From an uncultured Hyphomicrobiaceae bacterium (lineage in GTDB: Bacteria; Pseudomonadota; Alphaproteobacteria; Rhizobiales; Rhodomicrobiaceae), in assembly GCA_964651275.1 (NCBI GenBank), contig CAZYYQ010000002.1:1-41711 (forward strand): 41,711 bases of DNA, in the 5' to 3' direction. Positions 23,233 through 32,130 of the stretch are shown piece by piece; the stretch's first letter is position 1, and every line of letters starts with the position of its first letter. Both the position numbers and the translations under genes were made by a program. The notes under the pieces are model-generated. The model was not told the origin of the DNA, did no database searches, and saw only the letters and a list, made by a program, of their open reading frames with translations.

Positions 23233-23688
23233 ATGACGGCACTGAAGTTGCTCGCACTTGACGAGGAGGATCTGGCGGTCATTGCCGCACATCTGCAGGA
23301 TGCCATCTTGCGCGTGCAGGAGATGACATACCTCCCGCATCAGAAGCGTTTCGCCGCGGTGCTGAACCGGTTCGACTGGCTGGACGCCGAGAAGGGCAAG
23401 AGCGGGCGCGGGCACTACCAGCGCCGTCAGGCCGCGCTGCGTTTCGACCGGGTGCTGGACGCCAAGATCCAGAACATCTCGGACATGCGCCAGGATGGCA
23501 TCTACGAGCTGCTCACGATCCAGTTTCAGCCGACCGACCCGCCCGGCGGCGAGGTGATGCTGATTTTCGCTGGCGACGCCGCCATCCGGCTGACGGTCGA
23601 ATGCATCGAGGCCGAGTTGCGCGACCTGAGTGCGGCATGGCGTGCGCGCAACAAGCCGAAGCACGATACGGGCGATACGCCCGCTTGA
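23233..23688 (+). CDS. DUF2948 family protein
   Basis: LKLLALDEEDLAVIAAHLQDA, NRFDW, IRL.VECIE..L.DL..W. Usual murA-hisD intervening gene. Confidence 0.88.
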   Translation: MTALKLLALDEEDLAVIAAHLQDAILRVQEMTYLPHQKRFAAVLNRFDWLDAEKGKSGRGHYQRRQAALRFDRVLDAKIQNISDMRQDGIYELLTIQFQPTDPPGGEVMLIFAGDAAIRLTVECIEAELRDLSAAWRARNKPKHDTGDTPA

Positions 23689-23735
23689 GCCGTGCCCCGC
23701 CGAATGCTGGAAAGCCAACCTGCGAAAGAACCGCC

Positions 23736-25028
23736 ATGCCCGCTTTTCTGACGACCGCCGATGCCGGTTTTGTGCGCCAGTTTGATGCGCTGATTGCCGC
23801 GCGCGGCGAGGACGAACGCGATGTTGCGGACATGGTCGCGAGGATCATCGCCGATGTGCGCGCCCGCGGCGATGCCGCGGTTCAAGAACTCACGACGCGC
23901 TTTGACCGGATCGACCTGTCCCAGCGCGGATTGCGCGTCGGCGACAATGAGATCGACGCTGCGGTTGCCGAGGTCCTGCCGCAGACGATGCATGCGCTGG
24001 AACTCGCCCGCGACCGGATCGAGGCATATCACGCGCGCCAGATCCCGGCGGATGATCGCTACACCGACGCTCAGGGTGCGGAACTTGGCCACAAGTGGAC
24101 GGCTGTCGAGTCGGCCGGACTTTACGTGCCAGGCGGGCTGGCGAGTTATCCAAGTTCGGTGCTGATGAATGCTGTGCCGGCAAAGGTTGCCGGGGTCGAG
24201 CGTATCGCGATGGTGGTGCCCACGCCCGGCGACGAGGTGAACCCGCTGGTGTTCGCTGCGGCCCGGCTCGCCGGTGTTGATGAGATCTACCGGATCGGCG
24301 GCGCGCAGGCGGTGGCCGCGCTCGCCTATGGCACAGAGACGGTCGAGCCGGTCGCCAAGATCGTCGGTCCGGGCAATGCCTATGTTGCCGAAGCCAAGCG
24401 GCAGGTGTTTGGGGTTGTCGGGATCGATTCTATCGCGGGACCCAGCGAAGTGCTGATCGTGGCCGATGGCGGAAATGACCCCGCTTGGATCGCCGCGGAC
24501 CTGCTGGCGCAGGCCGAGCATGACGCGAATGCGCAGTCGATCCTGATCACCGACGATACCAGTTTCGCCGGGCAGGTCGTACGCGAGGTCGAGACGCAGC
24601 TTGCCACCCTGCCACGCGGCAATATCGCCGGGGCGAGCTGGGAGCGGTTTGGCGCGATCATCACGGTCGAGAGCCTTGACGAGGCGCCGGCGCTTGTCGA
24701 CCGTCTCGCGCCGGAGCATCTGGAACTCGCGGTGGGCGACCCGGATGCCTTGATGAGCCGGATACGCAATGCCGGAGCGATCTTCCTTGGCGCGCACACC
24801 CCTGAAGCCGCGGGCGACTATGTCGCGGGGCCAAACCATGTCCTGCCGACCTCGCGAACCGCGCGCTTTTCCTCCGGCCTGAGCGTGCTGGACTTCATGA
24901 AGCGCTCGTCTATCCTGCGCCTCGGAGCGGACGCCCTGCGTGAACTCGGCCCGGCGGCCATGACGCTGGCAGACGCGGAAGGGCTGGATGCACACGCGCG
25001 CTCGATCGCCATGCGTCTTCAGAAGTGA
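23736..25028 (+). CDS. hisD: Histidinol dehydrogenase
   Basis: GLYVPGG, GGAQAVAALAYG, GPGNAYV, AGPSEV, QAEHD, PEHL, GDY.AGPNHVLPT. Confidence 0.96.
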   Translation: MPAFLTTADAGFVRQFDALIAARGEDERDVADMVARIIADVRARGDAAVQELTTRFDRIDLSQRGLRVGDNEIDAAVAEVLPQTMHALELARDRIEAYHARQIPADDRYTDAQGAELGHKWTAVESAGLYVPGGLASYPSSVLMNAVPAKVAGVERIAMVVPTPGDEVNPLVFAAARLAGVDEIYRIGGAQAVAALAYGTETVEPVAKIVGPGNAYVAEAKRQVFGVVGIDSIAGPSEVLIVADGGNDPAWIAADLLAQAEHDANAQSILITDDTSFAGQVVREVETQLATLPRGNIAGASWERFGAIITVESLDEAPALVDRLAPEHLELAVGDPDALMSRIRNAGAIFLGAHTPEAAGDYVAGPNHVLPTSRTARFSSGLSVLDFMKRSSILRLGADALRELGPAAMTLADAEGLDAHARSIAMRLQK

Positions 25029-25079
25029 AATTTTCGCCGGGCGCGCCAGCCACGCCCGTGCAGCGGGACCTGCACGCCG

Positions 25080-25574
25080 ATGACCGATGACCCACAGCCC
25101 CCCGCACGCCCGGATCGGCTGATCGACATCACGCTGGACGAGGCCTCCATAAGCCATAACTCGCCGGAAGTTCAGCACGAGCGCAAGGTCGCCATCTTCG
25201 ACCTGCTGGAAGACAATCGCTTCGCGCTGGACAACGGCGCGCGGGGGCCGTACCGGCTCCATCTGGAGATCGTAGAAAATCGGCTGGCTATGCATATTGC
25301 GCATGAGGACGGCGTGCATGCGACGACGTTGGTCCTCTCGCTCTCTCCGTTTCGCAAGCTTATCAAGGACTATTTCCTGGTTTGTGAGAGTTATTACGCA
25401 GCGATCAAGACCGAGCCGCCCAGCCGTATCGAGGCGCTCGACATGGGCCGCCGGGGTCTGCACAACGAGGGCAGCCAGATTCTGCAGCAGCGGCTGGATG
25501 GCAAGGTCAGCGTGGACTTCGATACTGCGCGGCGGCTTTTCACGCTAATTTGCGCGCTTCACTGGAAGGGGTGA
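25080..25574 (+). CDS. UPF0262 family protein
   Basis: [48 protein letters not shown]. Confidence 0.9.
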   Translation: MTDDPQPPARPDRLIDITLDEASISHNSPEVQHERKVAIFDLLEDNRFALDNGARGPYRLHLEIVENRLAMHIAHEDGVHATTLVLSLSPFRKLIKDYFLVCESYYAAIKTEPPSRIEALDMGRRGLHNEGSQILQQRLDGKVSVDFDTARRLFTLICALHWKG

Positions 25575-25617
25575 CGCGTTGGACGCCTCGCCGGACAGCG
25601 AAAAGCCGCCCAACCCG

Positions 25618-26061
25618 ATGCCGGATCTCCCCGGGGCCGTGCTGTTCGCGTGCAACATGAACGCGGTGCGCTCGCCGATGGCCGCAGCGCTGTTGCGCCA
25701 TCTCGTCGGGCGGCGCGCCTATGTCGAGTCGGCCGGGGTGCGCGCAGGCGAGCCAGATGCCTTCGCCATCGCCGCGATGCAGGAACTTGGTCTGGACATC
25801 GCCGGGCATCGCCCGCACACGATCACCGAACTGTTCGACACGTCTTTTGACGTCGTGGTGTCGCTCGCGCCCGAGGCGCATCATCAGGCGCTGGAGATGA
25901 CGCGGACAATGGCGGTTGAGGTCGAGTATTGGCCGACGCTTGACCCGACGCTCGCCAGTGGCAGCCGCGAGCAGATCATGGATGCTTATCGCGCCTGCCG
26001 TGATGGCCTGCTGGAGCGGATCAAGGCGCGGTTCGCTCTGCCCGGCGCGCCGAGCGTGTGA
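25618..26061 (+). CDS. Low-molecular-weight phosphatase / ArsC-like protein
   Basis: VLFACNMNAVRSPMA P-loop (C-x5-R), SAGV, W...DP. Alternative TTG start at 25579. Confidence 0.87.
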   Translation: MPDLPGAVLFACNMNAVRSPMAAALLRHLVGRRAYVESAGVRAGEPDAFAIAAMQELGLDIAGHRPHTITELFDTSFDVVVSLAPEAHHQALEMTRTMAVEVEYWPTLDPTLASGSREQIMDAYRACRDGLLERIKARFALPGAPSV

Positions 26062-26203
26062 TGCGGCGTGCAGGTGCAGTGGCGCGACACGACCTAGAGA
26101 CCGGCTCTTCGGGGAAGGTGGGATACTGGCTGATCGAAGGGCCTCTGGACTGCCAGCCTGGATGTGCCGAAAGGCCGTCAACACGCGGAGAACGAGAACC
26201 GAA

Positions 26204-26995
26204 ATGGTGGCAATCGATGGAATGTCTCCGCTCCTGATGGGTTTTCTTGGCAGTCTCGCCGCGGGTTCGCTGACCGCCGTCGGCGCCATTCCGGTCCTGT
26301 TCGGGCGTGTGCCCGGCCCAGCCTTTCGCGACATGTCGCTCGGATTTGCCGCCGGGGTGATGCTCTCGGCTTCGTTCTTCTCGCTGATCATCCCCGCGAT
26401 CGATGCCGCCGAGGCGCTCCATGGCTCCGGCGCGATCCCCGCTGCGATCGCCTGTTTGGGCATTTTGATCGGCATGGGAGCGATCGCGTGGTTGAACGAA
26501 CTGTTGCCTCATGAGCATTTCACCACCGGGCGCGAGGGGCCGGAGCCGGCTGTACTGCGTCGTGTGTGGCTGTTCATCTTCGCGATCACCATCCACAATT
26601 TCCCCGAGGGGCTTGCTGTCGGCGTCGGTTTCGGCGCCGAGGGCATGTCAAGCGGCCTGCCGCTGGCAATAGGTATCGGGCTGCAAAACGCGCCAGAGGG
26701 GCTTGCGGTCGCCGTGGCGCTGCTTGGCGAGGGTTATGGGCGGCTGCGAGCCTGGGGCATCGCTGCGTTGACCGGCATGGTCGAGCCGATCGGCGGGCTG
26801 ATCGGGGCTGGTGTCGTGACCGTCTCGCAGTTGCTTCTGCCGTGGGGGCTGGCTTTTGCCGCCGGCGCGATGTTGTTCGTCATCAGCCACGAGATCATCC
26901 CCGAGACGCACCGTCGCGGACATCAGAACAAGGCAACTCTGGGCCTCTCAATCGGGCTTGTCGTCATGCTGTTTCTCGATGCCTGGCTGGGGTAA
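26204..26995 (+). CDS. ZIP-family (ZupT/GufA) divalent metal transporter
   Basis: FAAGVML.AS, PHEH loop, HNFPEG and QNAPEG transport-site motifs, AAGAML.V..E.IPE. Confidence 0.92.
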   Translation: MVAIDGMSPLLMGFLGSLAAGSLTAVGAIPVLFGRVPGPAFRDMSLGFAAGVMLSASFFSLIIPAIDAAEALHGSGAIPAAIACLGILIGMGAIAWLNELLPHEHFTTGREGPEPAVLRRVWLFIFAITIHNFPEGLAVGVGFGAEGMSSGLPLAIGIGLQNAPEGLAVAVALLGEGYGRLRAWGIAALTGMVEPIGGLIGAGVVTVSQLLLPWGLAFAAGAMLFVISHEIIPETHRRGHQNKATLGLSIGLVVMLFLDAWLG

Positions 26996-27224
26996 GCAGA
27001 TCGCGCGCTGCCGAAGCGGTCCCGAAGTGACGGCCCCACCGCGCAGGATTTTCGGAGCAGCCGGCTGGCGCGCAGCCTGAGCTTCGCCTGCGCAGCAATG
27101 TGGCGGAACGGTATCATGAGGAGTGCCCTGCAGGCTTGATTTCGTCGCCGTCCCGGCTCATTCTCCCGCCTCCCGGTGCGAAACACGTGCCGAAAAGTGC
27201 AATCAATGGAACTGGCGCCTGCCC

Positions 27225-28007
27225 ATGATCATGCCCAAGGATATCTCGCTGTCCGGCTTCAGGGCCCGCGGCAAGGCCGCGGAGAAATCTGCCGGAAAGG
27301 CGCTGACATCATCCGTAAGCGCGTCGGCGAACCTGACCCATGCCGGCATCGCGCTGAAGCGCCGGCCGGTGATCGAGCGCAAGCCGCTGGTGCTGGCGAG
27401 CGCGTCGCCGCGCAGGCTGGCGCTGCTGGAGCAGATCGGCGTAGAGCCGGACGCGCTGCGTCCCGCCTCCATCGACGAGACCCCGCGAAAGGGTGAGCGC
27501 CCGCGCACGCTCGCCCGCCGGCTTGCGCGCGCCAAGGCGCAGGCGGCCAAGGAGCGGCTTAAACGCGAGCCGGAACTTGCAAATGCCTGTGTACTGGCTG
27601 CGGACACGGTCGTTGCGGTCGGGCAGCGCGTTTTGATGAAGCCGGAATATCTGGACGAGGCGGCTGCGGCACTGCAACTGCTGTCCGGCCGCTCGCACCG
27701 GGTCTATACGGCGGTGTGCTTCATCACTTCAGGCGGCGCGGTGCGCATGCGCACCGTGGAGACGCGGGTGCGCTTCAAGCGGCTGAGCGCCGAGGAGGTC
27801 GAATCCTATCTCGCCAGCGGCGAATGGCGCGGCAAGGCAGGCGGCTACGCGATTCAGGGGATCGCCGGCGCGTTTGTACAGAAGATTGTCGGCTCGTATT
27901 CCGCCGTCGTCGGGCTGCCGCTCAACGATGTTGTCGACCTGCTGGTTGGTGAGGGCATGCCTGTCTATTTCGGCTGGCTCAATCGCGCGGAGATAGACCC
28001 GGTTTGA
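27225..28007 (+). CDS. maf: Maf-like nucleotide pyrophosphatase (YhdE subtype)
   Basis: [39 protein letters not shown]. Start uncertain (ATG 27225/27231 or GTG 27369). Confidence 0.88.
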   Translation: MIMPKDISLSGFRARGKAAEKSAGKALTSSVSASANLTHAGIALKRRPVIERKPLVLASASPRRLALLEQIGVEPDALRPASIDETPRKGERPRTLARRLARAKAQAAKERLKREPELANACVLAADTVVAVGQRVLMKPEYLDEAAAALQLLSGRSHRVYTAVCFITSGGAVRMRTVETRVRFKRLSAEEVESYLASGEWRGKAGGYAIQGIAGAFVQKIVGSYSAVVGLPLNDVVDLLVGEGMPVYFGWLNRAEIDPV

Positions 28008-28219
28008 GCGGAACGGCTGAGCGAAACAAGAAGATGCTGGCGCGAAACGGGCCGGGTCCGAAATGCCCAATCTGCGACAAGACGCGCGACCCGGACTATC
28101 GCCCGTTCTGCTCGCGCCGCTGCGCCGATGTCGATCTCGGCCGCTGGCTGTCGGAGGACTATGCGATTCCGTTAGCCGAGAGCGAAATGGACGGCGGGCA
28201 GGACGATGACGAGCGGTGA
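28004..28219 (+). CDS. yacG: DNA gyrase inhibitor YacG
   Basis: CPIC...[16 protein letters not shown]...YAIP zinc finger. Overlaps the maf stop. Confidence 0.92.
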   Translation: MSGTAERNKKMLARNGPGPKCPICDKTRDPDYRPFCSRRCADVDLGRWLSEDYAIPLAESEMDGGQDDDER

Positions 28220-29691
28220 ATGCCGCGCCGGGTACGGGCGCGCTCATGCCTTCTAGGATTTTTCCCGTGATCCTGTGTGGCGGCTCCGGCACGCGCTTGT
28301 GGCCGCTGTCCCGCGCACAATATCCCAAGCAATTCATTCCCGCCTTGGCCGGCCGCGAGGAGAGCCTGCTGCGCGCGACGCTTCACCGGCTGCCAGCCGG
28401 GGCCAGTTTTGCGCAGCCGACGCTGCTCACCCATGACGATCACCGCTTCCTGCTGCATGACGAGATGCAGGCGGCAGGCGTAGTCTCGCGCGAAATCCTG
28501 CTGGAGCCAGTCTCGCGCAATACGGCGCCCGCGATGGTCGCCGCAGCGCTGTCGATCGCCGCCGAGGAGCCGGATGCAGTGCTCGCCGTCATGCCGTCGG
28601 ATCACCTGATCGCTGATGCGCCAAGGTTTGTTGAGGCGGTGCAGCGTGCCGGTGAGATTGCCGCGCAGGGCCGGCTGATGCTGCTGGGCGTGCCGCCGAC
28701 TGGGCCAAACACCGGCTATGGCTATATTCGCAAAGGCGCGCTTATGGAAGGCACGATGGGCGCCTGCGCGGTCGCCGCCTTCACCGAGAAGCCCGACGCC
28801 GCGCGCGCCGCGCGCTATCTCGCCGATGGCGGCTATCTCTGGAACAGCGGCATCTTCGTGCTTCATGCCGGCGCGTTCCTCGAAGAGGTCGGTCGGCTCG
28901 CGCCGGAGATCATGGAGCACGCGCAGGCCGCACTGGAGGCGTCCACCCGCGATCTGGGTTTCCGCCGGCTGGACGGTACCCATTACGCTCGGTGCCCGAA
29001 CATCTCGGTCGATTATGCCGTGATGGAGAAGACCCCGCGTGCCGGCGTCCTGCCGCTGGAGGCCGGTTGGAGCGATGTCGGCTCGTGGGCCTCGGTGTGG
29101 GCGGAAAGCGCGCAGGACCGTGACGGCAACGCGGTGTGTGGCGACGCCATGCTGGTCGACACGCGAAACAGCTATGTCCACTCGGGCGGCGCGCTGGTCT
29201 CGACCATTGGCGTCGAGGACATGATCGTTGTGCACACGCCCGATGCTGCGCTCGTTGCCCGGCGCGACCGCGCAGAGGATGTCGCGAATCTGGTCGCGCA
29301 ACTGAAGGCCGCCGGCCGGCCCGAGCCGGAACAGCACACCCGCAGCCACCGGCCCTGGGGCCATTTCGAGACGCTCAGCCTCGGCCCGCGCTTTCAGGTC
29401 AAGCTGCTGCACGTCAAGCCGGGCGGGCAGCTCTCGCTCCAGATGCACCACCACCGATCGGAGCACTGGGTGGTGGTGAAGGGCACGGCGCGCGTGACCT
29501 GCGACGGCGAGGAGCGGCTGTTGTGCGAGAACGAGTCCGTCTACATCTCGGCGACCCAGTGGCACCGGCTTGAAAACCCCGGCAAGGTGGCGCTGGAGAT
29601 CATCGAGGTTCAGATCGGTGGCTATCTCGGCGAGGACGACATCATCCGCAGCGTTGATGCTTACCGCCGCGCGCCGCACGAGACGAAATGA
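28216..29691 (+). CDS. manC: Bifunctional mannose-1-phosphate guanylyltransferase / mannose-6-phosphate isomerase
   Basis: ILCGGSGTRLWPLSR..YPKQF, EP..RNTAPA, FTEKP, WNSGIF, WSDVGSW, cupin LSLQMHHHRSEHW. Alternative ATG at 28246. Confidence 0.93.
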   Translation: MNAAPGTGALMPSRIFPVILCGGSGTRLWPLSRAQYPKQFIPALAGREESLLRATLHRLPAGASFAQPTLLTHDDHRFLLHDEMQAAGVVSREILLEPVSRNTAPAMVAAALSIAAEEPDAVLAVMPSDHLIADAPRFVEAVQRAGEIAAQGRLMLLGVPPTGPNTGYGYIRKGALMEGTMGACAVAAFTEKPDAARAARYLADGGYLWNSGIFVLHAGAFLEEVGRLAPEIMEHAQAALEASTRDLGFRRLDGTHYARCPNISVDYAVMEKTPRAGVLPLEAGWSDVGSWASVWAESAQDRDGNAVCGDAMLVDTRNSYVHSGGALVSTIGVEDMIVVHTPDAALVARRDRAEDVANLVAQLKAAGRPEPEQHTRSHRPWGHFETLSLGPRFQVKLLHVKPGGQLSLQMHHHRSEHWVVVKGTARVTCDGEERLLCENESVYISATQWHRLENPGKVALEIIEVQIGGYLGEDDIIRSVDAYRRAPHETK

Positions 29692-29703
29692 TCGGCTACA
29701 TGC

Positions 29704-31554
29704 CTACGCCCTGACGTAACTGCCCGGCGCGTCCTCGATCGGCGGAAATGACGGGTTCTCGCCGGGGTGGCGCGCAGGCACCATCTTGCCGGATTGGGGC
29801 CCGAGCCATTCGACGAAATCCGGCCACCACGAGCCAGGATGCTCGTTTGCCGCTGCGATCCACTCTTCAAGCGACGCAAAATCGCGTGTGCTCGGCCCTT
29901 CCGCGCTACCATCGCTGCCGGTCCAGTGCTTGTATTTCTGCTTTTCCGGCGGATTGACGACGCCAGCGATGTGGCCGGATGCGGCGAGAACGAAACGAAC
30001 CGGCCCGCTGAACAGCTTGGAGCCGGTAAACACCGATGGCGCGGGAGCGATGTGGTCCTCGCGCGTGGCGATGGAATAGATCGGGACCGTGACCTGCGAC
30101 AGGTCGAGCCGGCGTCCGCCAAGCTCCATCTCGCCGCGCGCCAGCCGGTTGCGCAGGTAAAACTCGCGCAGATAAAAGCTGTGATTGGCAGGCGTCATGC
30201 GCGTGGAGTCGGAGTTCCAGAACAGCAGGTCGAACGGGAACGGGTCCTTCGCCAGCAGGTAGTTGTTGACGATATAGGGCCAGATCAGGTCGCGCGGGCG
30301 CAGCATGTTGAACACGCTCGCCATGCGCGAGCCATCGAGGAAGCCCTTTTCCTTCATCATCTGCTCGATGGCATCAAGCTGTGGCTCGTCGATGAACACC
30401 AGCAGATCGCCAGCCGCGGTAAAATCGGTCTGAGCCGTCAGCAGCCCGACGGCGCGGAAGCGGTCATCGCCAATCGCGGCATTATAGGCGAGCGTGGTGG
30501 CCAGCAGCGTCCCACCCACGCAATAGCCGACCGGATTGACCTGCTCGGTGCCGCAGATCTGCCGGATGACGTCGCTGGCGGTCAACACGCCCTCACGTAT
30601 GTAGTCCTCGAAGCTCTTTTCGGCGAGTTCCGGCCCGGGGTTCACCCACGAGACCATGAAGACGGTGTAGCCCTGATCGACCAGATATTTGACGAAAGAT
30701 TTTTGCGGAACGAGATCGAGGATGTAGAACTTGTTGATCCACGGCGGAACGATCATGAGCGGCGTCGCGTGGACCTCGGGCGTCGTCGGCGAATACTGGA
30801 TGAGCTGTAACAGCTCGTTCTGGAACACGACCTTGCCCGGCGTCACCGCGAGGTTCTCCCCGACCTTGAAGGCGCTCATGTCGGTTTGGCGGATCTTCAG
30901 CAGATCGCCCGAGCGCTCCAGATCCTCCAGCAGCTTGTCCATGCCCTGAACCAGGTTTTCCGCATTGGACGAAAGCGTCGTGCGGATGACTTCAGGGTTG
31001 GTGAAGGGGAAGTTGGACGGCGACAGCGCGGCGGTGATCTGATCGAGGTAGAACTGGGCGCGGCGCTTCTTGCGATCCTCAAGCCCTTCGGTCTTTTCGA
31101 CAAGCTCGTCCGCCCAGTTCGCGGTGAGCAGATAGGCCTGCTTGAGGAAGTCGAACAGTGGATTTTCGTCCCATTCCGGGTCCTTGAAGCGCTGATCGCC
31201 GCGCGGCGGCCGGGCGAGCGGTTCGACCTCGGCCCCGAGAAAACGCTTGTATGTGCGGCCCCAGAGCTCGATGAGATCGCCTGCCAGCCTGGTTTGCGCC
31301 TCGGACAGCTTTTCGGGATTGCTCAGCCAATATTCCATCACACCCGAAAGCGCATGGCTTGCTTCGCTGGCCTCGCTTGGTGCGCTGTAGGGTCCATAGA
31401 TCATCTTGCGCTCGTCCAGCATCCGCGCCAGGGCACGGGTTCCGCGGTCGAGCGCTGTGGCAAGGTTGCGCGAGAACGCGTCCGGCACTGTCACGGAAAC
31501 CTTCGGCGTGTCGATGCTCTCGCCGCTCTTATCGCCCTTCGATCCGTCCGCCAT
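29704..31554 (-). CDS. phaC: Class I poly(3-hydroxyalkanoate) synthase
   Basis: PPWINKFYILDL, lipase box GYCVGG, EDHIAP, SGHIAG, GSWWP, APGSYV. The ORF extension beyond 31554 is an antisense shadow. Confidence 0.95.
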   Translation of the reverse strand: MADGSKGDKSGESIDTPKVSVTVPDAFSRNLATALDRGTRALARMLDERKMIYGPYSAPSEASEASHALSGVMEYWLSNPEKLSEAQTRLAGDLIELWGRTYKRFLGAEVEPLARPPRGDQRFKDPEWDENPLFDFLKQAYLLTANWADELVEKTEGLEDRKKRRAQFYLDQITAALSPSNFPFTNPEVIRTTLSSNAENLVQGMDKLLEDLERSGDLLKIRQTDMSAFKVGENLAVTPGKVVFQNELLQLIQYSPTTPEVHATPLMIVPPWINKFYILDLVPQKSFVKYLVDQGYTVFMVSWVNPGPELAEKSFEDYIREGVLTASDVIRQICGTEQVNPVGYCVGGTLLATTLAYNAAIGDDRFRAVGLLTAQTDFTAAGDLLVFIDEPQLDAIEQMMKEKGFLDGSRMASVFNMLRPRDLIWPYIVNNYLLAKDPFPFDLLFWNSDSTRMTPANHSFYLREFYLRNRLARGEMELGGRRLDLSQVTVPIYSIATREDHIAPAPSVFTGSKLFSGPVRFVLAASGHIAGVVNPPEKQKYKHWTGSDGSAEGPSTRDFASLEEWIAAANEHPGSWWPDFVEWLGPQSGKMVPARHPGENPSFPPIEDAPGSYVRA

Positions 31555-31800
31555 AATATTCCCCAATGAATCGTGTCGTGATGAACATCGAAACTTCGCG
31601 TGCATATAGGCACCGCGCGTCGAAGCGAAACCCGCGGGACAAAGTAGAAGCGCCCAGCTCAAATCTAAATGATGCGGGCGGTGCTGTCGCGCGATAATGA
31701 TGTTGCGGATGCGAACGGCCTGTGGGAATCTGAGGTTCCAGCAGGCGCGCCGGTTTCCGGCGTCGTCCGCCCCGGCGAGACACAAGGACCGAATCTGTCG

Positions 31801-32046
31801 ATGAGGGATAAACCGACAAAATCCGGCGTCCCGGCCAGCGTGGGCGTCATGACGATCATTATCGCAGCGTTCGCGCTTGCGGGCTGCTCCAGTGTCGCAG
31901 AGATGCCTTATCCGAAGCTCAGCGAGATCGTTCCGGCCTCCGGACCGAGCCTGTCCAAGGACGAGCGGGCGGCCATGATCGAGGATCTGAAGAAAGAGCA
32001 GCAGACGCACAAGATCGAGGCCACCAAGACCATTGAAACCCGCTGA
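31801..32046 (+). CDS. Small hypothetical lipoprotein
   Basis: Hydrophobic stretch plus LAGC lipobox, then a charged helical C-terminus. AAGGA SD. Confidence 0.7.
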   Translation: MRDKPTKSGVPASVGVMTIIIAAFALAGCSSVAEMPYPKLSEIVPASGPSLSKDERAAMIEDLKKEQQTHKIEATKTIETR

Positions 32047-32130
32047 CAGGGCGGGTGAAATCGCGCATTGCGGAACATTGCCCGCCGGAGTGATTTGGCC
32101 TGGCTGCCTTAGTCGAGGGACGAGACCACC

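Noticed and set aside
26158-26182. Hammerhead ribozyme-like CTGGATGTGCCGAAAGGCCGTCAAC
   Set aside because: It resembles stem II only. The catalytic CUGAnGA and GAAA core nucleotides are not intact.
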